Of a stretch of 57,781 nt of DNA, positions 46,899 through 55,928 are shown one piece after another; position 1 is the first letter of the stretch, and each line of letters opens with the position of its first letter. The stretch lies in the IMG/VR virus record IMGVR_UViG_3300028025_001015, positions 1 to 57,781 of that record; one strand, 5' to 3'. This DNA comes from a virus. Taxonomy: Duplodnaviria; Caudoviricetes. The notes below the pieces were generated by a model that worked only from the letters and a program-made list of their open reading frames with translations, had not been told where the DNA came from and made no database searches. The position numbers and the translations under genes are program-made.

Positions 46899-47566
46899 TA
46901 GATATACCTCCCCCGTGTTTTGCCCCTTTGGGCAATCCCATCACCCCGTTTAGACGCAGATGATTGAGTTGACATTGTCGTGCGTTTTGCAGGCTTCCGG
47001 GCCTTTACCCGTCCACCTTTTTTGAAGTCCGTGGAACCGATGCTGTCCATGTCGTAATTTGCCATGTCTGCGTTCTCGGGCATATCCGACACTGCGCTTT
47101 CGTTGTATTCAAACCCAGGCATCTTTGAGGCTTCGTCAAAGTACCCCTGCTCACCAGACATTGATCCAAAATCCACCGGGGCTTGCTCTTTGGGTCGGAT
47201 CAGATCACTGATCCCTCCGGGTAAAGCATTGGCGGCTTTATTTTCATAAGCCTCACGGACACCACGTTGTGCATTTGCGTTCATGGCGGTTTGCCTATCC
47301 ATGGCTGCGTTTAAATCTGGGTCTACCGCTTGGTTTGCCGCTCTGCCGCCAGCTTTGATGGCCGAACCCACGGGGTCAGTGACAGCGTCCATTACCCTCC
47401 GTGCATTCTCTCTGGAGTCCTCTGGTAGCTGGTCAATGACCTTGTTTCGTATATATCGACCAGGGTTCAGGACTGCATCCGCACCGGGAATTTTCTCAGC
47501 GGCTTTCTGCGCCAAATATCCTTTGGCGGCGGTCATGGCAAGCGGTATAAGTGGCAATGCCATCAC
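46898..47566 (-). CDS. hypothetical protein with KKGG...RGDGIAQRGKT motif
   Basis: ORF track; shared C-terminal motif. Confidence 0.7.
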   Translation of the reverse strand: MMALPLIPLAMTAAKGYLAQKAAEKIPGADAVLNPGRYIRNKVIDQLPEDSRENARRVMDAVTDPVGSAIKAGGRAANQAVDPDLNAAMDRQTAMNANAQRGVREAYENKAANALPGGISDLIRPKEQAPVDFGSMSGEQGYFDEASKMPGFEYNESAVSDMPENADMANYDMDSIGSTDFKKGGRVKARKPAKRTTMSTQSSASKRGDGIAQRGKTRGRYI

Positions 47567-47806
47567 TCACCCTTTTTGACGAATAAGTTCGTCAATCTTT
47601 GCTTCAAGGCGGTTAAACCGCTGGTCAATGTGGTCAGTAATTCTTTGCACTTCTGCTTGAGTAACGTAATCACGGGCAACTTCCTCCCTTGTCTTGTTTA
47701 TCAGAATGCTCAAACGAGAAATTTCTTCAAACTTCTCCCGCATCACAAAAACCAACAGCCCTATGAACAGGGTTAAAACTGTTGACCAGATTGATTGAAT
47801 GTCCAT
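47567..47806 (-). CDS. Small membrane/coiled-coil protein
   Basis: TM helix plus REE.A..YVT...RLE.KID. Confidence 0.65.
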   Translation of the reverse strand: MDIQSIWSTVLTLFIGLLVFVMREKFEEISRLSILINKTREEVARDYVTQAEVQRITDHIDQRFNRLEAKIDELIRQKG

Positions 47807-47807
47807 C

Positions 47808-48050
47808 TCAGCATGCCCACGCCCGAAGGGCTTTGTTAATCCGTGAGTTTGGATCTCTTGCAGTCTTCTCTGAAGTCAATTTTTCCTTCATCCCACTCAT
47901 CCTTGCACAGAAAGAGTCTCGCCTGCTGCCGCCCTCTGGTTGCGGAGGCTTCAGGTTCATGCCCTGTTTTTTCGCAGAGGCCCGACCCTTGGCGTTTAAA
48001 CCGCCCTTGGGGTTCTTGCCTTCTTTGCGTGTCCATGCGGGGCTACCCAT
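47808..48050 (-). CDS. Small basic hypothetical protein
   Basis: GGLN.KGR...RR.SFCARM...SRIN..LR.W.C. Confidence 0.7.
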   Translation of the reverse strand: MGSPAWTRKEGKNPKGGLNAKGRASAKKQGMNLKPPQPEGGSRRDSFCARMSGMKEKLTSEKTARDPNSRINKALRAWAC

Positions 48051-48786
48051 TTGCCACTTTCAAGTGCAACCGTGCATGCTCCTTGAGCAGTGGCTGTAGA
48101 GCGTCTTGCTCAAAGTTGCGGGTGAATTCTTGCGTGCCAATGTGTGGCAGGCTGATCATTGGGTCAAGATGGATCTTGTATCCGTGCTCCCTTGCCCTAC
48201 GGCAAAACAGGTAGTCTTCGCCAATGTACTCGCCATTGACAATGGCAAAGTCAAACACAGCGTATTCATCTGCGCCGTCCCCATCGCCTTTGTATTTCCA
48301 CTCAGGGTGGGCTGCAATCAGGGACTCAATGACATGGCGGCGAATGAGCATGAAGCCCGTTGCCACGCTCTCAACCCGCATCAGGCCGTTCTCATCAAAC
48401 TCCAACTGGTTGTGTTCATCCAGGTAGAAGTCCAAGAAGAACTTGGCATCTGCCGCCCTGCGGGGATACGTCCCGGCCACAATGTCCCGGTCTGTGGATA
48501 AAGCCAGAAGGCGGGTCACCGCCTCGACATTGATGACCACATCAGCATCCACAAACAGCATGTCTGTGCAGTCTGAAGCCATGAAATTGGACACCAGCTT
48601 GTTCCGTGCTTTAGTGATGATTGAGCATCCAGACAGGTGAACCAGATGAATCTGGACACCCATCTTGTCCAACTTGGGGACGAGTTGCGCTATGGCAAAG
48701 CAGGTCTTGATGTTGACCTTGCCATCGTAGCAGGGGATCGCAATCATAAGCTTGCGCCCCACCAAGTTGAAGCTTTTATCAGCCAT
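48043..48786 (-). CDS. GT-A fold glycosyltransferase-like protein
   Basis: IAIPCY; I..ARN; FVDAD (DxD motif); TGFMLI.R; GEDY.FC. Confidence 0.8.
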   Translation of the reverse strand: MADKSFNLVGRKLMIAIPCYDGKVNIKTCFAIAQLVPKLDKMGVQIHLVHLSGCSIITKARNKLVSNFMASDCTDMLFVDADVVINVEAVTRLLALSTDRDIVAGTYPRRAADAKFFLDFYLDEHNQLEFDENGLMRVESVATGFMLIRRHVIESLIAAHPEWKYKGDGDGADEYAVFDFAIVNGEYIGEDYLFCRRAREHGYKIHLDPMISLPHIGTQEFTRNFEQDALQPLLKEHARLHLKVANG

Positions 48787-49285
48787 AGTACACGTTAGCA
48801 GAAAGTAAGTTGCTCATGTTCAAGTAGATACCGTTTTTAACCAGTATCCCCTCTCCTGGGATCAACGCAAAATTGCCAAACAAGTCAGATGCGCCAGTGT
48901 CGTAGCTGGCAATCCACAGTGATGCGTATGTGGCCGCCGTTCCACCCGCAATAGTCCCAGAGTTTATGTCTGTGACTGTAAACGTGTCTGCGCCCGTGCG
49001 TGTGATGGAGTAGTTGCCGTTAGTGCCTGATGACCCGCTTGCTGTTGCAAACGCAAGCCCAACCACATCTCCAGTAACCAAACCGTGGGCTACCTTTGTA
49101 ACGGTGATAACAGCCGCAGTCCTTGCGTATGTAGCCGATACAGGTGCTGTGGTTGTGTCAAAGATGTCCAGCGTTCCAGCCGTGGCTGTGCCAACCATAG
49201 AAACAGCTTTGAGGCGGTTTCGCCCCAGAACAACAAAACCCGAGTTGTTGAGGTGTCCTGCTTTAACGTCAGTTTGCATACCCAT
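48779..49285 (-). CDS. Virion structural protein (putative)
   Basis: T/A/G-rich; IPGEGI...GIY...YG; AGGAG SD. Confidence 0.65.
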   Translation of the reverse strand: MGMQTDVKAGHLNNSGFVVLGRNRLKAVSMVGTATAGTLDIFDTTTAPVSATYARTAAVITVTKVAHGLVTGDVVGLAFATASGSSGTNGNYSITRTGADTFTVTDINSGTIAGGTAATYASLWIASYDTGASDLFGNFALIPGEGILVKNGIYLNMSNLLSANVYYG

Positions 49286-49303
49286 AATTAATCTCCTGTG
49301 AAG

Positions 49304-49320
49304 CGGGGGCCGAAGCCCCC
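49304..49320 (-). terminator. C(UUCG)G hairpin (stabiliser or weak terminator)
   Basis: GGGGC-TTCG-GCCCC on the minus strand; no long U-tract. Confidence 0.45.
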
Positions 49321-49328
49321 TAGATCAA

Positions 49329-49853
49329 TTAAGCGGATGCTGGAAACTGCGAACCGTTAGAGTCGGCAACCGTGTAAACGATGGTGTACTGCACAGTACC
49401 TGCGGTCACTGCGGCAACAGTAGGGGTCATTGTGGCAATCACTTTAACGTCCGTTGCGCCAATACCAATCCCGTTGGGGGATGCAGTAGAAGCTGCACCA
49501 CACCATGCGCCCAATTTAGCGGCTGCGTTACTGATAGCCGCACGGCCAGCAGTAGTCACATCTGTAGCGGCCCAGTACAAAGCGGCGGTAGTGCCATCCC
49601 CAATGCTGACGTTGGCGGCAGTGGAGCCGGTGAACGCAACAGTGGTGTCGATGTTAATTTCAAGGATTTGTGCGCCAGCAGGCAGGACACAGATGGTGTC
49701 GGTGGTAGCTGAAGCAGCCTGACCAGCGTAGTTCTTTTTGAAGGTTTGAGAACAAACGGTTGCGCCGCAGTTTTCAATCGTTCCGACAGTCGTGCCGGTG
49801 GTGTTGCGGACAGTGCCCAACAACCAGGGGCCAAGGTGAGTTGCGAATCCCAT
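49329..49853 (-). CDS. Putative capsid decoration/structural protein
   Basis: A/T/G-rich beta protein directly downstream of the capsid gene. Confidence 0.6.
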   Translation of the reverse strand: MGFATHLGPWLLGTVRNTTGTTVGTIENCGATVCSQTFKKNYAGQAASATTDTICVLPAGAQILEINIDTTVAFTGSTAANVSIGDGTTAALYWAATDVTTAGRAAISNAAAKLGAWCGAASTASPNGIGIGATDVKVIATMTPTVAAVTAGTVQYTIVYTVADSNGSQFPASA

Positions 49854-49860
49854 AAGAATA

Positions 49861-49970
49861 TCTCCATGCGTTAAGGTGTATCAATCTTGCATGACAGTCT
49901 GCCGGGACAGTTTGATACACCGGGTTTCCCGGAATGCCTCATTTATACCATGTAGTTTAAACGGACACAA
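49861..49970 (-). promoter_or_regulatory. Promoter plus structured 5' leader
   Basis: TTGTGT-17 nt-TATAAA with TGn. 10-bp stem 49875-49884/49912-49921, with possible pseudoknot pairings. Confidence 0.55.
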
Positions 49971-49971
49971 G

Positions 49972-50000
49972 AAAAAAGGGGGCTTGTGGCCCCCTTTTTT
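49972..50000 (-). terminator. Intrinsic (bidirectional) terminator after the major capsid gene
   Basis: A6-GGGGGC-ttgt-GGCCCCC-T6. Confidence 0.8.
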
Positions 50001-50009
50001 ACTTACCTA

Positions 50010-50921
50010 TCAGGACGATCCGGGTGAACCGAAAATTCCCAAAGGATCCGAAACGCCGAAGCTGTAACGCTCACGGGCCTTGTAACGCACGTTGCCGGTA
50101 TCAAAGTCACCGTCCATGGAGTTGGACAGCGGGGTACGGACAAAATGCTTCAGGCCGTTAGGCACATCAGACAACAAGAACCAAGCGTTGGTGTCGGTCA
50201 GATAATGGTTAACGCAGTAACCTTCTGGGATCGAACCATTGTTCTTCAGAGCGTTGATGTCGTTATCGGTAGTACCGACACGCAATTCCGTCTCCAGGAG
50301 GCGGGTTGCAACGAACATCAAGTTCGGGGGAACAACCAATTTCTTGGGCTTGGCGGCGATCAACAGGCCACGCTCATCCGTCCAACCGGCAATTTGAATA
50401 ACTGCGTTTTCCAACGAAGTCTCATTCAAGTCAGCGGCGGTGGTGGGGCGGTTGCTGTTGGTTCCACCAGAGATCAAGGGGTGGGCGGTGTTACACAAGG
50501 AAACGCCGTCACCGTAAGTCACCGTGGTGCTGAACGCATTGTTCAACACAAAGGCGGCTTTGACCTGCTTGGTGTATGCCATTGCACGGGCCAACGATTT
50601 GGTATAGCGGCTGGACAACGAGTCATACAAGTTGTCTTCCACTGCTTCTTCCGTGATGGAGAAGCCCATAGCGATGGTTTCGTGGTTGTAACGAGCAGTC
50701 CATGCTTCCTGTGCGTTGTCGTACTGGATCGCAGAACCTTCGTTCTTGACCGGTGCGGCAGAGAAGCCAGAAAGTTTGGTTTCTTCTTCGAAAGAACGCT
50801 CAGAGGTTTCGGTTTCATAAATTTCTTTATGTTCCTCACCATAACGGGCGTACTCAAGACCAAACAATGCATTCAGACCAGGGAGCAACTCTTTGAGTAG
50901 CTGGGCACGGGAAATAGCCAT
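50010..50921 (-). CDS. Major capsid protein
   Basis: 303 aa; MAISRAQLLKELLPGLNALFG...EG..I.YD...ITEEA.ED...P..L.VPP...RYSFG; followed by a terminator; AAGGAG SD. Confidence 0.85.
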   Translation of the reverse strand: MAISRAQLLKELLPGLNALFGLEYARYGEEHKEIYETETSERSFEEETKLSGFSAAPVKNEGSAIQYDNAQEAWTARYNHETIAMGFSITEEAVEDNLYDSLSSRYTKSLARAMAYTKQVKAAFVLNNAFSTTVTYGDGVSLCNTAHPLISGGTNSNRPTTAADLNETSLENAVIQIAGWTDERGLLIAAKPKKLVVPPNLMFVATRLLETELRVGTTDNDINALKNNGSIPEGYCVNHYLTDTNAWFLLSDVPNGLKHFVRTPLSNSMDGDFDTGNVRYKARERYSFGVSDPLGIFGSPGSS

Positions 50922-50931
50922 TTCTTACTCC

Positions 50932-51528
50932 TTAAACACCAGTGGTGTTGTTATATTGGTGAGTGTTGATTTTCACCAACAGTTCGGTGTAAGTGTCAGC
51001 TGCGGTAGCAGTCTCAGGCACGACATCGATCACACGGATTGGGATGGTGGCGGTAGTGCCTGCACCGGTCAAGGTCACAGCGAAAGCAGAGTTACCAGTG
51101 GTGGTACTGCCAGCGTTGAGAACCAGGGCCAAGTTAGTACCTACTACAGCACGACCTGCGGAACTCATGGTAGTGCCAGAGGACACAACGGCAACTTTGA
51201 AAAGTGCTTGTTGGTCATCAACAACATACGCATAAGCGAGGTTGGTTGCGGTGCTTGCCAAGGCGGGGATATATTGACCTTCAACGGTTTGACCGCTGGA
51301 GTTCACATATGAACCGCCGACACAAACGCCGACAATTGCACCAGAGTTGGTGGTGGTTGAGAGAATCAGATAACCGTCAGCGTTAGTTTGAACCGTGTCT
51401 CCGAAGAAGACAGCAGTGCCAAAAGCAGCGGCAACGGGAATCTGTCGGAAAGCACCAGCGTAAGGCTTGCCGTCAATTGAATTGACAGGCTTTAGACCAT
51501 ACGGGGCCGAGACAGTGGGGTAAGCCAT
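50932..51528 (-). CDS. Capsid-associated protein (putative)
   Basis: Re-started at MAYPTV after GGAG; APYGLKP...GD.V motif; precedes the capsid gene. Confidence 0.65.
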   Translation of the reverse strand: MAYPTVSAPYGLKPVNSIDGKPYAGAFRQIPVAAAFGTAVFFGDTVQTNADGYLILSTTTNSGAIVGVCVGGSYVNSSGQTVEGQYIPALASTATNLAYAYVVDDQQALFKVAVVSSGTTMSSAGRAVVGTNLALVLNAGSTTTGNSAFAVTLTGAGTTATIPIRVIDVVPETATAADTYTELLVKINTHQYNNTTGV

Positions 51529-51546
51529 GTTGGACTCCAAAAAAGT

Positions 51547-51999
51547 TTAAATACTCTTACCGATAGTGACCTTGGAGCTACGTTCTTTGAACATGGGCAT
51601 CCGAGGATCGCTATCACGCATGTAGTTGTTATCCACGGACTGCATCTGAGTATCAGCCACTTGCTGGTAATACTCATCACGCTGAACCGTAAATTCAACT
51701 GGGGTTTTGCAAAGCAACAGTCCACCAACCTCAATACCATCTGGGAAGCGTCCGTTAGGATTGCTTACCAACCGGAGTTTTGGTTGGGAAATGGCCTTTA
51801 CAGGTTCCCATCCCTCACGGAGTTTCGAAGAAATATTCGTGGGATCAGGATTGTTCAAGGTGCTTAGACGGATCCAGCGGAAGGCGTAGCCATCTTCTGG
51901 TTCGGGATCGGGCAACAGGGTGGGCGGCATCCAACGCTTGGGACGCATATCTGCTTCACGACTTTCAAGGGCACGCTTTTCACGTTTCTGCTCATCCAT
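51547..51999 (-). CDS. Conserved head-region hypothetical protein
   Basis: W.PP..LP.P...G..FRWIR...REGWEPV...GGLLLC; AGGAG SD before MDEQK. Confidence 0.7.
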   Translation of the reverse strand: MDEQKREKRALESREADMRPKRWMPPTLLPDPEPEDGYAFRWIRLSTLNNPDPTNISSKLREGWEPVKAISQPKLRLVSNPNGRFPDGIEVGGLLLCKTPVEFTVQRDEYYQQVADTQMQSVDNNYMRDSDPRMPMFKERSSKVTIGKSI

Positions 52000-52948
52000 T
52001 TGTACTTCTCCTAATTTCCAGAACCTTACGAGCATAGAGTTCCAAAGGAATTCCAAGCCGCTTGGCGATGTTGACCTCAGAGGCCGTCAGTGTGATCTTT
52101 TTAGGAGCAGTACTGCGACTCGCCGAAGCAACTACATTTGACTTTGGGCGGCGATTCGCATCACCGGGTTCCGCAGACTCAAACTTATCTGGGAACACTT
52201 GGCGCAACCTACCGTTTAAACGCTGGTAGTATTCGTCACTTTTCGGGTCTACACCCTCCTCATTGATGAGCTTGTTATGCACTGCTAATGCAAAGCCCGT
52301 CATTTCAGTGTCTGGCCCAAACCAAGGGTTGGCACGCTGCCAATCTTCGGCTCTTTCATCGGGTTTTGGAGCACTTGGACTCGTTTGTACAACATTTTCC
52401 TGGGCCTGTAAAGGCTTCGGCTTAAAATTGTTTACACGATCTGCCTTGATTTTAGCGTTAGTTAGCTCTTCTTGGGCATCGACCAGGGCTTCTGAGTCTC
52501 CGTCCTCGTAGGCTTTCTTGTACTTGGCTTTGGCTTGGTCAATTTCTTGAGCAATTGTGCGCTTTACTTGGTCGAGCATGATGTTCTGATTGGAATCAAC
52601 CGTGCCCTTAAGGCGTTGATTTTCCTCATAAACCTGCTGTGCAATGCGTATAGCCTCCTCTTTTTCACGCAGAGCGGCTTCTTTTGCCCTGCGTTCATCG
52701 TGGTAAGCCTTGTGGAATTCACGGGTTTTGGTTCGATCCCGCTTGGAATACGTTGCCAATTCCTCGTCTGTGGGTTCTTCGGGCGGGGTTTTCATTGGCT
52801 CCCGGCCACGATCTTCCTCTGGGGTATCGTCAATTACCTCAATTTCCGGTTCATCGGACTCAGGCTCAACGATCTTGCCGCCAGCTTTGGATTGTTTTTC
52901 TTCCACCTCATGTGGAAACTCAAACTCAGTTTTTTCAATTTCAGCCAT
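51992..52948 (-). CDS. Putative scaffolding protein
   Basis: Acidic N-terminus, coiled coil, W...NPWFG, terminal IAKRLG.P.E.YA; lies between portal and capsid genes. Confidence 0.65.
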   Translation of the reverse strand: MAEIEKTEFEFPHEVEEKQSKAGGKIVEPESDEPEIEVIDDTPEEDRGREPMKTPPEEPTDEELATYSKRDRTKTREFHKAYHDERRAKEAALREKEEAIRIAQQVYEENQRLKGTVDSNQNIMLDQVKRTIAQEIDQAKAKYKKAYEDGDSEALVDAQEELTNAKIKADRVNNFKPKPLQAQENVVQTSPSAPKPDERAEDWQRANPWFGPDTEMTGFALAVHNKLINEEGVDPKSDEYYQRLNGRLRQVFPDKFESAEPGDANRRPKSNVVASASRSTAPKKITLTASEVNIAKRLGIPLELYARKVLEIRRSTNG

Positions 52949-52956
52949 GTTTCCCC

Positions 52957-53355
52957 CTACGCACGGGTTATTCCACGGGGATCTTGGACAACACCTTCGA
53001 CAGAGTCATCGTTGATCAACCGGAATTCTTTGCCATGAATCTTGATCCGTGTCCCGGTGTTGGGACGGACAAGAACGAAATCTCCCACCTTGCACGAAGG
53101 CCCGGACGGGAAACGCTTGGTGTCCTTAAAAGCATCAGGCCCCATCTTCACCACGAAGAGTACTGGCGACAGTATTTCTTCGAAATGCATGGTTTGCCCG
53201 GCCTTAATCAGACCGCTTTCATACTCCTCATCAATGTCCGGGAGGACACATAGAAGATAGAACGTGGCTGGATCAGGCACTTGTTTTGCCTTCTCCTCTG
53301 CCGAAGTATTCAAAATACCCGACAGATCTATAGCCGCAACATCAAATTCACTCAT
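52957..53355 (-). CDS. GroES/Cpn10-like co-chaperonin
   Basis: P...LL...SGLI...V.KMGPDA...KVGDFV...G.EFRLINDD.V..VV. Confidence 0.75.
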   Translation of the reverse strand: MSEFDVAAIDLSGILNTSAEEKAKQVPDPATFYLLCVLPDIDEEYESGLIKAGQTMHFEEILSPVLFVVKMGPDAFKDTKRFPSGPSCKVGDFVLVRPNTGTRIKIHGKEFRLINDDSVEGVVQDPRGITRA

Positions 53356-53548
53356 CGTCAAAGTTCTCCATTTTTTTCGCAAGGTCGGAGATTAAAGATT
53401 GTGCAAACACCAGACCCCGAATGTTGCCGCACATTTCCCGGTAGGCGGCGTAGTCTTGCGCTGCGCCACCACCCAGACTTTCAAGCAGGTTCGCTTCCCG
53501 CTCTTTCAGTTCTTTGATGAGGTAATTGATTGCCTGATCTAGCATCAT
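53348..53548 (-). CDS. hypothetical protein
   Basis: L..G...DY..Y...CG.IRGL. Confidence 0.7.
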   Translation of the reverse strand: MMLDQAINYLIKELKEREANLLESLGGGAAQDYAAYREMCGNIRGLVFAQSLISDLAKKMENFDDE

Positions 53549-55920
53549 TGATTCCGTTTAAATATGTCCACTTGAACTTTCTGGTTGGCCTGCTTCTCCT
53601 GCGAAGCAATCCGGGCCATGTCCAATTCCTTCTGGTTTGCAATGCGCTGCGCCTCAATGTTTAAACGCTCCTGGGCGATCTGGGCATCAGTCTGATCCTT
53701 TTGCGTTTTGCGCTGCACATCAGCTTGCTTGATTTGCAGTTCCTGCTGTTGCATTTGAACCATGGGATCTTGCGCCTGTTGTTGGGCTTGGGCCTGTTGG
53801 GCCTGGGCCTGATTTGCCTGGAGGAGTTGCTTCGCACCATCGGCCACCAACCGGGACACCTGCACTTCGATGTCCTCTGGCAGTTTCTGGTCAGGGGGAG
53901 GCAAGGGAACGCCGATCTGCTCTTCGATCTTTCTTCGATACTGGAACGCCAAGTGCTCTGCAATGTGGGACATTGCCGCCGCCTGGATCTTCTGGGCCAT
54001 CGGGTTTTGTCCGATAGTCTGGGCAATCATTGGATCCTGCATGAAGGATGTATGAGCGGCGATGTGGGCATCGTGGTCTTGGTAGATAAATGCCTGGGTT
54101 GGCTTCCCGTTGAGGAAGGCCATGTTTTCGCTGACAGGATCCCGTGGGGTTTGGTCATCGTCCACTGGAACCAGCTTATCTGCGTTCTTAATCCCCAAAA
54201 CTTCAATCATTTGACGGTGGAGTTGGGGTAAGTTGTAGATCTGCGGGGCTTGAGCGGCCAACTGAATCACGGCCTGATACTGCATGATCCGCTGGGCCAT
54301 CGTGCTGGAGTTCGGGTCACTAACCGGAATCACCTCAACGATGTCGTAATCAGCCTGTTTGGCCTTTCGGTTCCCGCCCTGTGGGTCGTATTCATACTCA
54401 CTGGGCGCATAGTCCCGAATGATCCCCTTGAGCAGCTTGAATTCCTGCTTCATGGAGTAATGGACACGGGCCTGAACGGCTCCCATGGTTTTCAGGGTTC
54501 TTTCCAGAATTGCCAGGGTTGTCCCCACGGGGGCCTGGGAACTCATATCGCTGATCTTCATGTCAGAGATGGAACCCAATCTGCGTCCCTCTTCTGTGAT
54601 CTGATTGAGCAGAGTCAAGAGGGTTGCGCTGGGTTCCTTATAGGGGAGCGCCATGACGTTGTCTTTGATCGCTCCACTGGGAACGTCTACGTCCCGGAAT
54701 TCACCTGGAGCGATTGGCGTATCGTCACCTTTGATCCTCATGCCACGGGACTTCAGTCCACCGGGCAGATTGGACAGAGTCCCCGCATCAACCAACTGGC
54801 GAATCAGGGAAGTACCCGCACGGGCATAACCACCGATCACATGGATCAGTCCCATCCCGTAGAAACCAAACCCTGGGATATAACAGTAGTCCACGAAATG
54901 CTGGCGCTTGGCTTTGTGATCATCATCTTCCAGCCAGTTGCGGTAGATTGCCAAGACATCCCCGGTTCCCCGGTCGATGGTCACCACATAGGGCAGGGCA
55001 ATACCGGTAGGCTCCCCGTCTTTGTCCACATCCTCAAACCCCTCAATGTCCAGGTCGGTGTGGATCTCAAGGATCTGGTAGCGATTGTCATCGGAAGCTT
55101 TGTAGCCCTGCTGTTCGGCTTTCTTCTTCTCAATGTCCGTCATTATGTTGACGGGATCGCCCAGGTCTATATCCCGGTAGAACCCGTTGACCTGAAGCTT
55201 CTTGATCTCATTCTTGGTCTTACGCATCACATGCGTGACCCGTTCTGCGTTGTTTAAATTTGATGCCCCGTAAGGCACGATTACGTCCTCTGCCGGGATG
55301 TACAGGGCCACCTGTCTTCCCATGGCTGGGTCGTAGTAGACCTTTTTAAACGCAGAACCTGAAAGCCCCAGGGAGTAGAGCATCCGTTCGTGCTCTGGGC
55401 GGTACTCAGGCATTTCTTCCGTCAGCTTGAAGTTCATGTCATCCCTGACACGTTCTGCTGCGTCTTCCTTCATCTTGTCAATCGCACCAATGATCTCGGT
55501 TTTGACCGGCCCTTGGGCTGGGAAGGTTTCCATGATGGACTCAGCCTGAAACTTGATGGCCGCTTCCGTCAAAATGGTTGAGAAGACTCCGCATGCCCCG
55601 TTCCAAGGCTGCGTTCTTTCTTCATAGTTCATGCCCAGAACTTCCAGGCCCTTGACAAAGGTTTCTGCCCAATCCTTGCGTGAGGATATGTCAGCGTCCA
55701 CTAACTCCATGAGGTCAGATGAGATGGTGGCAAGCTCACCCTCGTCCAGTATTTCTGCGAGGTTTGAGTCAAAGTCCCCGCCGTAATCATTTTCAGGCTC
55801 CAGGGTGATCTCAACGTCCCCGGTGTCAATCGTTACAGACTCCGGGTCTTCAATCTCAATACTCACGCCACGATCCATACCTGTGGGCGCTGGGTAAATT
55901 GCTTTGTCAAAGTTAGCCAT
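53545..55920 (-). CDS. Portal protein
   Basis: 791 aa directly after TerL; GS.FKKVYYD; Q-rich C-terminal region as in P22-type portals. Confidence 0.85.
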   Translation of the reverse strand: MANFDKAIYPAPTGMDRGVSIEIEDPESVTIDTGDVEITLEPENDYGGDFDSNLAEILDEGELATISSDLMELVDADISSRKDWAETFVKGLEVLGMNYEERTQPWNGACGVFSTILTEAAIKFQAESIMETFPAQGPVKTEIIGAIDKMKEDAAERVRDDMNFKLTEEMPEYRPEHERMLYSLGLSGSAFKKVYYDPAMGRQVALYIPAEDVIVPYGASNLNNAERVTHVMRKTKNEIKKLQVNGFYRDIDLGDPVNIMTDIEKKKAEQQGYKASDDNRYQILEIHTDLDIEGFEDVDKDGEPTGIALPYVVTIDRGTGDVLAIYRNWLEDDDHKAKRQHFVDYCYIPGFGFYGMGLIHVIGGYARAGTSLIRQLVDAGTLSNLPGGLKSRGMRIKGDDTPIAPGEFRDVDVPSGAIKDNVMALPYKEPSATLLTLLNQITEEGRRLGSISDMKISDMSSQAPVGTTLAILERTLKTMGAVQARVHYSMKQEFKLLKGIIRDYAPSEYEYDPQGGNRKAKQADYDIVEVIPVSDPNSSTMAQRIMQYQAVIQLAAQAPQIYNLPQLHRQMIEVLGIKNADKLVPVDDDQTPRDPVSENMAFLNGKPTQAFIYQDHDAHIAAHTSFMQDPMIAQTIGQNPMAQKIQAAAMSHIAEHLAFQYRRKIEEQIGVPLPPPDQKLPEDIEVQVSRLVADGAKQLLQANQAQAQQAQAQQQAQDPMVQMQQQELQIKQADVQRKTQKDQTDAQIAQERLNIEAQRIANQKELDMARIASQEKQANQKVQVDIFKRNQ

Positions 55921-55928
55921 AATGATCC

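Noticed and set aside
50145-55257. Long plus-strand ORFs opposite the capsid and portal genes (e.g. 50145..50900, 54250..55257)
   Set aside because: These are antisense shadows caused by codon bias of the real minus-strand genes; they show no motifs.
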